Assembly (NCBI GenBank): GCA_944371435.1
Contig: CALVXQ010000003.1
Location: 1 to 33,135, forward strand
From: an uncultured Bacilli bacterium
Lineage (GTDB): Bacteria; Bacillota_I; Bacilli_A; RF39; UBA660
Reading direction: 5' to 3'
DNA length: 33,135 nucleotides
This document shows positions 1 to 10,500 of this stretch, piece by piece. The position numbers were made by a program, and so were the translations under genes. Position 1 is the first letter of the stretch. Each line of letters begins with the position of its first letter. Under the pieces are notes generated by a model. It did no database searches, had not been told where the DNA came from, and saw only the letters and a list, made by a program, of their open reading frames with translations.

Positions 1-446
1 CCAATATTAACAGCAATTTTATAATATTTATCTTCCGACTTAAAGAAATTACCATTACTATCTTTGACTAAAGTTATATACCAATAACTAAAATTAAACT
101 CATGATCTGTATATGATATATTAACATCACTTACCCCTCTACTTGGAGCTTTTAAATTATCCCAGAGTTTTTTTACCTCTTCTTCTTTCTTAGAATCATA
201 TACAATATCCTTACTTTCTTTTAAAGCTATCTTATCAACCGCATTAAAAGAATCATACTTAGTAATAAATTCTTCGTCAATACTATCTAAACCACTTTCA
301 ATAAAAGCAAAACCTCCACAATCATTATCAGTTAATTCAACATCAGTATAATAATAAATATTGTCATTTAAGTTAATCATCTCTTCTTTATTTTCACAAC
401 CAGGTAAAAATAATAAACTTATCATAATTATTAAATATTTTTTCAT
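1..446 (-). CDS. Hypothetical lipoprotein (3' end outside window)
   Basis: Manually translated from ATG at 446 with AGGAG RBS: MKKYLIIMISLLFLPGCENKEE..., lipobox LPGC. The frame is open to the window edge. Confidence 0.8.
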   Translation of the reverse strand, partial: MKKYLIIMISLLFLPGCENKEEMINLNDNIYYYTDVELTDNDCGGFAFIESGLDSIDEEFITKYDSFNAVDKIALKESKDIVYDSKKEEEVKKLWDNLKAPSRGVSDVNISYTDHEFNFSYWYITLVKDSNGNFFKSEDKYYKIAVNI

Positions 447-549
447 AATAATCTCCTATTCAATTATAACATAGGTTTTTTGTTTATTATAAATAAATCA
501 GCAGGAAAAATTTAATATCTTGCTTACTTTTATACCACTATATTTAAAA

Positions 550-903
550 TTACTTCTTAACTTCTTTAACTATCCAAGTCATAATAATATCTACTATATA
601 ATCTATTTCTTTCCTACTTAGTTCTTTATCTTTAGCTATTTTATGCCATTTATAAAGACAAGAACGACAACAAGTTGCTGTTGCATGTTGAGCAATAAAT
701 ACCGGATGTCCCCTCATTGGTGTCTGTGCTCCATCATTTAAAATTACTTTAGGAGCTAATCTTTTAGTTATAAAAGTATAAGCATGTTCTTGAATAGTAT
801 CTAAACCTTTAGTTTTTACATAATCTATATCTTTTTCTTTTAAATGAAACTTACTTCTAAATTTAGATAGTTCTAATCTTTTTAATATATATTCTTTATT
901 CAT
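550..903 (-). CDS. DUF4186 family protein
   Basis: Characteristic SKFRSKFHL, NDGAQTPMRGHPVFIAQHATATCCRSCLYKWH motifs. Confidence 0.9.
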   Translation of the reverse strand: MNKEYILKRLELSKFRSKFHLKEKDIDYVKTKGLDTIQEHAYTFITKRLAPKVILNDGAQTPMRGHPVFIAQHATATCCRSCLYKWHKIAKDKELSRKEIDYIVDIIMTWIVKEVKK

Positions 904-921
904 AATAATACTTCTTTCTAA

Positions 922-2004
922 TTAAAATATCTTTAACATATCACTACTATTTATAATAGAAGTATTATATAAAATTAATATATCTTGATTATCAAAAGTT
1001 ATATAATCACTTAATAGATTCATATTCATATATCTTAAATCTACTAAAGTTATTTTTTTATATCCTTCGATTAATAAAGGAGCTAGACTACTACTAAATG
1101 AATCTCTAAATATAATAAGTTCTTTTTTACTTGTATTAGAATTATTAGTAATTTCAATAAGAGCTGATGAACCACCTAAGAAAACATCGTAAGAATCCAT
1201 TTTACCTAAAGAAGATTCTTCATAAACTGTATTTAATTTACTTTCAATATCATAAACACTAGCAGCATCGATTATATCATTAGTTAAATAAGTTAATTTA
1301 TCAAAAGGTACTTTAAGTCCTATCTGACCATAATAAGTTCCTTTAAATTCTGTAAATTCATGTCTCTTGTAATCTTTATCTTTAATCTTAAAACCCATAC
1401 TACTACTTAATAAATCTACTATCTCATCTAATGTTTCTTGTTTCCAATGAATATCTGTATAATAATAATTAGAAAGTTCTAACTTATCAGTCAAATCAAT
1501 ATATTCCATATAATCTAAACCTTGATTAACCATACTAAATAATAAATCATAATCAATTTTTAAATATTTATTACTAGAATAATAATTTTTATCCGGAATA
1601 ATACTATAATAAACATTCATATCTTTTAAATAAGTATTATATAATAAATTCATTTTATCTATAAAAGTATTTACTTTATTTATATTTAATGGATAATCTA
1701 TTTTAATTATTTGGCCATCTTCGATAAAAAGATTATTATTATCAAGTTTACCTAATATATTATATTGAACCCAAGCTTTTAGGCCCCGAAAATAATCTCG
1801 CCAGACAAATTGATCAGAACTATAATCTTCAATACTTGCAAATACACTAGCGTCTAGCAAACCACTCAAAGTTATATCAGGAAATTTAGTTAAATATCTT
1901 CGTTCACTATCTGATATATCAATATCTTTAACGATAATATTTAATAAAAACAGACCACAAACGATAATTATAAATAAGATTGTTATTATTTTATTCTTCA
2001 TCAT
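922..2004 (-). CDS. DHHW-family / AlgJ-like SGNH O-acetyltransferase, N-terminal membrane anchor
   Basis: YYYTDIHW (DxHW) and IIFRDSF motifs, N-terminal TM, directly downstream of an MBOAT gene. Confidence 0.8.
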   Translation of the reverse strand: MMKNKIITILFIIIVCGLFLLNIIVKDIDISDSERRYLTKFPDITLSGLLDASVFASIEDYSSDQFVWRDYFRGLKAWVQYNILGKLDNNNLFIEDGQIIKIDYPLNINKVNTFIDKMNLLYNTYLKDMNVYYSIIPDKNYYSSNKYLKIDYDLLFSMVNQGLDYMEYIDLTDKLELSNYYYTDIHWKQETLDEIVDLLSSSMGFKIKDKDYKRHEFTEFKGTYYGQIGLKVPFDKLTYLTNDIIDAASVYDIESKLNTVYEESSLGKMDSYDVFLGGSSALIEITNNSNTSKKELIIFRDSFSSSLAPLLIEGYKKITLVDLRYMNMNLLSDYITFDNQDILILYNTSIINSSDMLKIF

Positions 2005-2009
2005 ATCAC

Positions 2010-3410
2010 CTAAAATCTAAAATATAAAAATGGATTAAAAGAAGCATCTATTAAGAAAGCAGTTATAATAATTAAAAGTAACATACTACCACTTATTTCT
2101 AAGAAAGAACCTATATAACGTAGTTTTGGTTTACTAAAGATTTTTTGCCAATATTTTACAACTGGAGTAGCAAAAATAATACCACATAATAAAACAACTA
2201 AATAACTTCTTAAATAATATATAGTACTAAAGTTACTAAATGGTAAGTTATTAAAGCCAAATATACTCTTTAAGAATACAACAATTTCACTTAAACTCTC
2301 AGAGTTAAAAATAATAAAACTTATTAAAACTAAGAAAAGGGTATAAATATGACTAAATATGCGATGCTTATCTAAGAAATCTTTTAATAAATATTTTTCT
2401 ATTATTAAAAGAATACCAAAATATACGCCCCAGATAATAAAATTCCAAGCAGCTCCATGCCAGAATCCTGTTAAGAACCAAACAATAAATATATTTCTAA
2501 TATGTTTTAAAATTCCTTTGCGACTACCACCTAGAGGAATATAGACATAATCTCTAAAAAAGCTAGATAAAGAAATATGCCATCTACGCCAAAAATCAGT
2601 AATACTTTTAGCAATAAAAGGATAATTAAAATTTTCTAAGAAATGGAAGCCAAACATTTTTCCTAAACCAATAGCCATATCACTATAGCCTGAAAAATCA
2701 AAGTATATCTGAAGAGTCTCACTTACTGCTATTATTAAATAAGTTAAGATTGCTTTATCTGGTATATTACCTAATAAAGATACTAAAGAACCTAACTCAT
2801 TGGCTATTAATACTTTTTTAGCTAGACCAATAATAAATCTGATTACTCCACTTCCAAATTCATCAAAACTACATTTTCTTTTCTTTAATTCATCATCGAT
2901 ATCACTATATCTGACAATCGGACCAGCAATTAATTGAAAAAATAAAGAAACATATGTACAAAAATCGATAAGATTTTTACTTGCTTTTACCTTATTAGTA
3001 TAAACATCAACAACATAACTCAAAGTTTGAAATGTAAAAAAGCTAATTCCGATTGGCATTACAATATTTAAAAAGGGAATATTAGTATTAAAAATATTAT
3101 TTATATTATCGATAAAAAAGTTAAGATATTTAAAATACATAAGAAGTCCAATATTAGTTACAATAGCAGTTATAAAAACAATCTTAGCTAATTTTTTGTT
3201 ACGATATTTATCTATTAATAAACCGTAAATGAAATTCATTAAACATGATAATAATAAGATAATTAGAAATTTACCCTCCCCATAAAAGTAAAAAAATAAA
3301 CTACTTATTAACAAACATAAATTTTTAAATTTATTAGGAATTATAAAATAAATAATTAATACTATAGGCAGAAAATAGTATAGAAATGTTATACTTGAAA
3401 AAACCATCAT
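2010..3410 (-). CDS. MBOAT family O-acyltransferase (AlgI/DltB/PatA-like)
   Basis: PIGISFFTFQ, QIYFDFSGYSDMAIG, FWRRWHISLS, TGFWHGA catalytic His, multiple TM helices. Confidence 0.95.
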   Translation of the reverse strand: MMVFSSITFLYYFLPIVLIIYFIIPNKFKNLCLLISSLFFYFYGEGKFLIILLLSCLMNFIYGLLIDKYRNKKLAKIVFITAIVTNIGLLMYFKYLNFFIDNINNIFNTNIPFLNIVMPIGISFFTFQTLSYVVDVYTNKVKASKNLIDFCTYVSLFFQLIAGPIVRYSDIDDELKKRKCSFDEFGSGVIRFIIGLAKKVLIANELGSLVSLLGNIPDKAILTYLIIAVSETLQIYFDFSGYSDMAIGLGKMFGFHFLENFNYPFIAKSITDFWRRWHISLSSFFRDYVYIPLGGSRKGILKHIRNIFIVWFLTGFWHGAAWNFIIWGVYFGILLIIEKYLLKDFLDKHRIFSHIYTLFLVLISFIIFNSESLSEIVVFLKSIFGFNNLPFSNFSTIYYLRSYLVVLLCGIIFATPVVKYWQKIFSKPKLRYIGSFLEISGSMLLLIIITAFLIDASFNPFLYFRF

Positions 3411-3441
3411 TTACCTCCAAAAAAAAGTCTTCACAAGAAGA

Positions 3442-3900
3442 CTATAAATTTTTAAAATTATTCAATATTTTATCAGCAGTATCATTTGAAGCCATAATTA
3501 GAATTATAACATCATCGTTACTATCAACGATTACTTTTTCTGCTTCAACACATACCCATTTAGCTGGATTAACATTGTCTTTTATCTCTTGTTTAGCTTG
3601 TTCTATATCAACGCCATCAGCTACTCTTAAGACAACAACTGAATGGGCAATCGAACTTATTAATGGTTCTGATGCGATTGCTTCTTTAAAATCAATAGTA
3701 TCAACACCTAAATAATAAGCCATATTATCTTTAGTAATTTGCGTATTATTTAAACTTGGTAGTTCATCTTCGCCAAAGCCTTCATAAACCTTAGCAAGTA
3801 TATCTTCTAAGGACATATCTAAAGTTTCTTTTTTACCACAGCCAGTAAGAACTACTAGTAAAGCACTAAATACTAAAAATATGCTAAAAATCTTTTTCAT
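3442..3900 (-). CDS. Lipoprotein, probably DUF4358 family
   Basis: Lipobox LTGC. First gene of the MBOAT-DHHW operon, where DUF4358 proteins are typical. Confidence 0.65.
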   Translation of the reverse strand: MKKIFSIFLVFSALLVVLTGCGKKETLDMSLEDILAKVYEGFGEDELPSLNNTQITKDNMAYYLGVDTIDFKEAIASEPLISSIAHSVVVLRVADGVDIEQAKQEIKDNVNPAKWVCVEAEKVIVDSNDDVIILIMASNDTADKILNNFKNL

Positions 3901-3918
3901 ACTTCAACCTCCTACGGC

Positions 3919-3947
3919 ATTATACTATTGCTGATTATTATTTGCAA
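3919..3947 (-). promoter_or_regulatory. Sigma-A promoter of the lipoprotein-MBOAT-DHHW operon
   Basis: TTGCAA-N17-TATAAT on the minus strand, followed by an AGGAGG RBS. Confidence 0.7.
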
Positions 3948-3955
3948 GTAAAAAT

Positions 3956-4225
3956 TTATCTTTGTTTTTTACTATACATTTCATCATAAATAGAATCTAG
4001 GTAACTAGCTTCTTCTAAAGTTTTACAGTCAATAGCAAATTTAGAAAGATATAAACCAGTATTTAATTTTACCTGTAACTTATCTATAGCCATTTTAAGA
4101 ATTCTGATACGATTAGAAATGGTTCCAAACTCTTCTAAATCAGCATTATTTTTATATCTTTCGAATTCACGAGATAATATTTCTGATAAAAATATTATTT
4201 GTTTTTCTATTTCTTGCATATCCAT
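3956..4225 (-). CDS. Hypothetical small helical protein
   Basis: ORF. ATG at 4225 is preceded by GAAGGAAGGA. No recognisable motif. Confidence 0.65.
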   Translation of the reverse strand: MDMQEIEKQIIFLSEILSREFERYKNNADLEEFGTISNRIRILKMAIDKLQVKLNTGLYLSKFAIDCKTLEEASYLDSIYDEMYSKKQR

Positions 4226-4330
4226 GAAATTTCCTTCCTTCAATTAAATGTATTCCTATTCTATCACATTTAACATAAATTACCTAATTTATTGAACATA
4301 TAAATGGTATAATAAGAAAAGGAGGTTTGT

Positions 4331-5578
4331 ATGCAAGAAAGAAATATCCTTTGTATCGATTTAAAAAGTTTTTTTGCCTCCGTTGAATGTCTAAAAAGAA
4401 AAATAGATCCTTTTAAAGTTAATTTAGTAGTAGCTAATCCTAAACAAGGTCAAGGTGCTATTACCTTAGCAGTTACCCCACATTTAAAAAGTCTAGGCGT
4501 TAAATCAAGGGGACGTTTATATGAGATACCTAAAGAAGTTAAATATATAATTGCAGAACCTCATATGGCTTCCTATATTGAGTATAGTAAAAAAGTAGTT
4601 AATATCTACTTGAATTTTGTAGCCGAAGAAGATTTACATATTTATTCAATCGATGAATGTTTTCTTGATTTAACTAATTATTTGAAACTGTATAATAAAA
4701 CTGATTATGAAATAGCACAAGACATTTTAAATACTATTTATAATGAAACTGGATTAACTGCTACCTGTGGAATTGGTCCTAATATGTTATTAGCTAAAGT
4801 AGCTATGGATACAGAAGCTAAGAAGTATAAAAATGGGATTGCAAAATGGACTTATGCTGATGTTAAAACTAAATTATGGAGTATTAATCCTTTATCTAAA
4901 ATGTGGTCAATCGGGCCACGAATGGAAAAAAGATTAAATGGCTTAGGATTATATACGATTGGCGATATTGCTAATTATGATAAAAACAAATTAAAAGATA
5001 AATTTGGGGTTATTGGCGAAGAATTATGGTTACATGCTAATGGAATTGATAACTCAGTAATTAGTGATTGGAAAGAAGCACCTAAAGATTTAAGCTATTC
5101 CCATTCACAAGTGCTATTCAAAGATTATAATGGCAATAACATAAGATTAATAATTACGGAAATGGTTGAAGTAATTACTAAAAGATTAAGAGAAAATCAT
5201 AAACAAACAGGTTTAATTGGTCTTAATATTGGGTATTCTAAGAATATTGGTGGTGGTTTCTATCACTCTATAAAAACAGTACCTACTAAATCTTCACGAG
5301 AAATTCTTAGAGTCTGTTTAAATATATTTGATAGATATTATACTAATTTACCAATTAGAAAAGTTAGTATCGTAGCCGGAAGATTAACTGATGATGATTC
5401 TTTTCAACTAAATTTATTTGAAGATTATAACAAAATTGTCGAAGATAATAAATTAAATGAAACAATCGATGAAGTTAAAAATAAATATGGTAAAAATAGT
5501 ATTCTAAAAGCTTCAGCTTTATTAGACGACTCCACTGCTATCGAAAGAAATAAAAAGATAGGAGGTCATAATGCCTAA
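4331..5578 (+). CDS. Y-family translesion DNA polymerase (ImpB/MucB/SamB; UvrX/YqjW-like)
   Basis: IDLKSFFASVE, YSIDECFLD, GIGPNMLLAK, QLNLF clamp-binding motif, C-terminal IGGHNA. Confidence 0.95.
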   Translation: MQERNILCIDLKSFFASVECLKRKIDPFKVNLVVANPKQGQGAITLAVTPHLKSLGVKSRGRLYEIPKEVKYIIAEPHMASYIEYSKKVVNIYLNFVAEEDLHIYSIDECFLDLTNYLKLYNKTDYEIAQDILNTIYNETGLTATCGIGPNMLLAKVAMDTEAKKYKNGIAKWTYADVKTKLWSINPLSKMWSIGPRMEKRLNGLGLYTIGDIANYDKNKLKDKFGVIGEELWLHANGIDNSVISDWKEAPKDLSYSHSQVLFKDYNGNNIRLIITEMVEVITKRLRENHKQTGLIGLNIGYSKNIGGGFYHSIKTVPTKSSREILRVCLNIFDRYYTNLPIRKVSIVAGRLTDDDSFQLNLFEDYNKIVEDNKLNETIDEVKNKYGKNSILKASALLDDSTAIERNKKIGGHNA

Positions 5579-5888
5579 AAAAAGTCGCGAAGAAATAATA
5601 TGGCAACCATTTAATTCTTTAGTACCTTTAAATTCTCTTAAAAAAACAATTGATAAAAATAAAGTAAAAATCCCTAAACCTGTATTATCTCCTGATCAAA
5701 TAAAAGATTTGGAAGAAAAAATATTAGATAGTTATTATAGTAAAGAAGAAATAATTATTACTTACTATCGCGAAGGATTCCTATATAAAGTAAAAGCGTA
5801 TATAAAATATATCGATAAGTTAAAAAAACAATTAATACTAAGTAATGGTTTAATAATATATTTTAAACAAGTAATAGCAATATCTTAA
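5571..5888 (+). CDS. YolD-like protein
   Basis: WQPFNSL and KPVLSPDQ motifs, overlapping the PolY stop as in uvrX-yolD/yqjW-yqjX pairs. Confidence 0.85.
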   Translation: MPKKSREEIIWQPFNSLVPLNSLKKTIDKNKVKIPKPVLSPDQIKDLEEKILDSYYSKEEIIITYYREGFLYKVKAYIKYIDKLKKQLILSNGLIIYFKQVIAIS

Positions 5889-5894
5889 ATACCT

Positions 5895-5919
5895 AACTTC
5901 AAACGAAGTTTCTTTTTTT
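5895..5919 (+). terminator. Rho-independent terminator after the yolD-like gene
   Basis: AACTTC-aaac-GAAGTT hairpin followed by a T tract. Confidence 0.6.
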
Positions 5920-5969
5920 ATTTAGAAATTTATGATATATTATTTATGTAAGATAGAAAGTGGTACCTA

Positions 5970-7535
5970 ATGCAGAAGATATTAATTGAAATTAAAGATG
6001 ATACGTTAGAATTTACAAGTTTAGTTAAATTAAAACCTAATACTAGTAATTTATTAAATACGAATATTATTTCTAATAATGAATTATTATTCTCTTTAAG
6101 TTATTTAAACGAAAATTATAATATAGTTAATTTATTTATTAAAGAATTATGTCAAGATAAAAAAATTAAGAAAATTTGCATTAGTAATATGTCTTTAGTA
6201 AGTACTATTTGTCATCTCGTAAATAATGTTAATATCGAAGAAATAGATATTCAGGAAGAAGTAAATATATCTTATGAAGCTTATGAAGCTTTAATTACTA
6301 TCCCCTCTTTGATAAAGATTGTTTGTTTTACCATACCTACTTATATGTTAGATTTATTTGATCAAAAAAATATTATTGTCGAATCACGGCAAGAAGTATT
6401 GTTCACTTCTAAGTTTATGGAAGATAATAATTTAACTTCTTATTCAAATATATATTATAAAGAAAAAATTAATTTTAATACTATTACGGAAGAAGATTTA
6501 GAAGATTTTAAAACATTCTTAAAAATCAATAAGTATTTAAAGACTATATATCTTAATACTTCTCTTAAAGAATTTGTAAATAAAGTTGTTGAAGTTTTAG
6601 TTAGTTATCGTTTAAAAAAAGTCAAAATAATTATTTTAGATGATAATATTAATAAAGTTAATGCGGATAATTTAAGAGAACTTAATAAAAAATATAGTAA
6701 ATATCTGATAATTAGAATATCTTATTCGAAAGAATATATTAAAAAGAATTATTTAAAACAGATAATATTAACTACTTTTTCTTATTGTTTAATAATTATT
6801 ATTGGCATTGTTGCTATGACATTTAGTTATATTTTTATTAGTAATTATCAATCAGAACAAAACTTAATAGCTATTCAAGAAGAAATAGATAATATATTAA
6901 AAGATTATCCTAATCATGATATTACTCCCCCAACAACTACTCCTGATGGAGATGTTCCAAGTATTCCTACTCTTACTCCTAATGAAGCTTATTTAAGTTT
7001 AAAAGAAATCAATGATGATACAGTAGGTTGGTTAACTGTACCTGGTACTAATATCGATTATCCTGTTGTTAAAACTACTGACAATGATTATTACTTAACT
7101 CATAATTTTAAAAAACAAAAGGATTATAATGGTTGGGTATTTATGCATTATTTAAACAATGATACTACCTTAGATAAAAATACTATTCTATTTGCCCATA
7201 ATCGTTATTATAGCGGTTTAATGTTTGGAACTCTAAACAATGTAAATAACGAAGATTGGTATAGTAATACTGAAGAAAATTTAATTACTTTTAATACTAT
7301 TTATAACAATTATCAATGGGAAGTATTCTCTATTTATAGTATTAAAGTAACAGCAGATTATCTAAAAACAATTTTTGATAGTGATGAAGAATGGTTAGAA
7401 TTTATTGACTTACTAAAAAGTAGAAGTGTTTTTACAAGTGATATTGAAATAGGACCAGATGATAAAATATTAACTCTATCAACTTGTTTAGAAAATAATA
7501 AAAGATTAGTAGTTCATGCCGTATTAAGAAAGTAG
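5970..7535 (+). CDS. srtB: Class B sortase with a ~260-aa N-terminal extension
   Basis: C-terminal VGWLTVPGTNIDYPVV, NDYYL, FAHNR (His), LTLSTC (Cys), KRLVVHA (Arg). A single TM at about aa 265-290 is followed by a Pro/Thr linker. Confidence 0.9.
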   Translation: MQKILIEIKDDTLEFTSLVKLKPNTSNLLNTNIISNNELLFSLSYLNENYNIVNLFIKELCQDKKIKKICISNMSLVSTICHLVNNVNIEEIDIQEEVNISYEAYEALITIPSLIKIVCFTIPTYMLDLFDQKNIIVESRQEVLFTSKFMEDNNLTSYSNIYYKEKINFNTITEEDLEDFKTFLKINKYLKTIYLNTSLKEFVNKVVEVLVSYRLKKVKIIILDDNINKVNADNLRELNKKYSKYLIIRISYSKEYIKKNYLKQIILTTFSYCLIIIIGIVAMTFSYIFISNYQSEQNLIAIQEEIDNILKDYPNHDITPPTTTPDGDVPSIPTLTPNEAYLSLKEINDDTVGWLTVPGTNIDYPVVKTTDNDYYLTHNFKKQKDYNGWVFMHYLNNDTTLDKNTILFAHNRYYSGLMFGTLNNVNNEDWYSNTEENLITFNTIYNNYQWEVFSIYSIKVTADYLKTIFDSDEEWLEFIDLLKSRSVFTSDIEIGPDDKILTLSTCLENNKRLVVHAVLRK

Positions 7536-7542
7536 GTGTCTT

Positions 7543-10500
7543 ATGATAGATAATATAATTAAAGATTTAAACAATATTATAGAATATACAATATATAAAG
7601 ATATTAAACTAGATTCAGAAATGCAAAACAAATTAGATAATATTATTATATATATGAATAATAGTAAAAATATAATTAAAGATTTAAATAGTATTATGGA
7701 AATTAAAAATAAAGAAAATAAAATATTTTTAGAAAGATATATTAGTATTATATTATCTAAAACTAACCTTTCTTTTTTAGATATTAGTAAAATTCTTAAA
7801 ACTAATATTTCTTTAAATATAAAATATATTTTATGGAATAAACTAAGTACTAGTAATAAAATAAATTATCTTCTTGCTAATAATATAGAAACTGACGATT
7901 TAACTCTAATAAATATTTCTTTAGATAATAAAAATACTAAGTTATATCATAATATAGTCAGTAATAAAGATATTTTAAAAAAATTAAAAAATATTACTCC
8001 TAATATTAATATCGTAAAAAAAGAAGATTTTGAAACAGAAGATATCTTAAAAGTAATTGATTCTAAGACAGTTAGTAAGTATATTATGAAATATTATTCT
8101 ACTTATAATAATTTTAAAAACTTAGTAATTAATAATAACAATATTATTAATTATGCTAATAAATATAGTATTAAGATAGATAAAATAGATAAAGAAGACT
8201 TAAACACTCTAGTAAAAGAATATCCTTTTATCATTACTAAATTAGATACTAAAATAAGTATTAATTATTTAACTAGCGAAACTTTAAAACAAATTTTAAA
8301 TAATAATAAAGATTTAGATATTACTAGTAGTGCTAAAGAATTATTAACTATTTTAGATTCTAATAATATTTATAAATATTTTAATTTAGACTTTGTTAAA
8401 CAACAAAAAGATTTTACGCTAAGTATCTATCCTTTTGCTAAACTAGATAATAACTTAACTAAAGAAATTATATATAACTATGATTTATTAAAGAAATTTA
8501 CTTATAATACTATTGTTACTATTATTAATAATTTATACATGGAAGAAATGAAAATAAGTCTATTTAGAAATAATAATTTTATCGAAGAAATCCCTAGTTA
8601 TTATTTAATTCAAATTTTAAATAATATGAACTTTAAAAACGTCTTTAATTTATTACAAAATATTAATTTATTAACTAAACTAGATAACTTAAATATTAAA
8701 TTAAATATTGAAGATAACTTATTTGTGGATAGTTACTTAGATTCTCCTACTCTAGTAAATATAAGTAATCCCAAAATGCTCTATAATATGCTTTTATTAA
8801 GTAATAATACTATAAAATATTTAGAATTTCCTTACTTAAATTCCCGTTTAAATATAGTAGATATAATAGATATCTTAGTTAATAAAAATATTAATATCTT
8901 TGATACTTCTTTATTAAAGTTATTTAAAACTTTAGAAATTAAAGATTATATTAATAAAATGCTAAAAACTTATCATATCAATTACGATTTATTATTAAAT
9001 GATTATGTTTTCCATAATATCTATAACTATAATAAAAATAAATTAACTAGTCTTGATTTAGATAATATAAAATATTTATTCGATAAAATATATACTAAGG
9101 GAATTAATACTTCGGCTTGTTATGCTATTGATATAGATTCTTTTAAAAGTATTTTAAATAGTTATATCCTATTAGGTTTTGATAATACTAATAAATTATT
9201 TGAAAATGGAACATATAATATTACTTTTAAAAATATTAATAGTTTAAAAAATATTTATGTAAAGAAATTTAAAAAAGACTTAAATTTATTAAGTGTTAAA
9301 AAAGTTACTAAACTATTTAGTAAATATTTAATAAAATTAGATAAAAATAGTAATGAAAATTTCTTAAGAAATTACTTATTAGATATACCAGAAATAAAAA
9401 GTTATCTTATGTTATTTAATAATACTAAATATTCTTCTCTTAAAGATACTACTAAATTATGTCTAAATTATTTAGATTATAGTAATTATAATAATGAAGT
9501 AGCTAACAATTTATTAACTAACTTTATTAAAGGATTTAATAGTTACTATAAAGATAAATGGATATTAGATTTAAAAAATAGATTTGATAAAATAACGATA
9601 AAATCTTCTTTAATAAGTACTAATATCTTATATCAAACAGAAAAAGTAATAGATCAAGATTATACAATTAAATATAAATTAGACTTATTTAAAAAATTTT
9701 TAAAAGCTAATAATAAAGATAATTATTCTAAATACTTTAATATTCCTTTAGATCAAGTAATAGTTAAATATTTAAAATATATTAAAACAAAAATAACTTT
9801 AGATGATTTAATAAACAAAGTTTTAATAGATACAGATATAAATACGATATTAAATAGTTTAAATATTAAAACACCAATTTTTTATAACTTATATAAAGAA
9901 ATTAAAAAAGAAGAAGAATTAATCAATAATTATAATATTATACTTAAAACTAAATTAAAGAATATGCATAGTACTAGAGTAATTACTATCTTAAATCATA
10001 TTTGTTATAATACTACTATTCCTTTTATAATAGATAATAAACTTAAAAAAATTATTAATGATTTAAAAAATAAAATAAGTTTATTTAATGGAAAAGTAGA
10101 TGTTAATAAACTAAATAATTCTTTAGAATATACTAATATATTTACATTTAATAATCTTAATGAACTGGAAGAATACGATTTAAAATACCAAAAAATTAAT
10201 GATATTTTAGAAAAAACGGATAAATTTGTTAATAAATATATTAATACTGAAGAAATAAAAGCTAAATATAAAGATTACTATAAATATTCTTTAGATACTT
10301 ACTTAAATATGATACCAGTTAATAAAAATTATTATTCTTTAAAAAGAAGATATTTATATTTAGAAGATTTTAAGAAAATATTTAATGGTTATGACTTATC
10401 TATTAATCATTATTTAAGTTCTACTACTAAATCTTTCTTAGTAAATAATCTAGTATATGTTGCTTTAGGTTATCTAGATGATTTTACTAATAACTTTGGT

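Noticed and set aside
2359-2544. Plus-strand 61-aa ORF
   Set aside because: Antisense shadow of the MBOAT gene, no RBS or motif
3386-3715. Plus-strand 109-aa ORF
   Set aside because: Antisense to the lipoprotein gene, which has a promoter, RBS and lipobox
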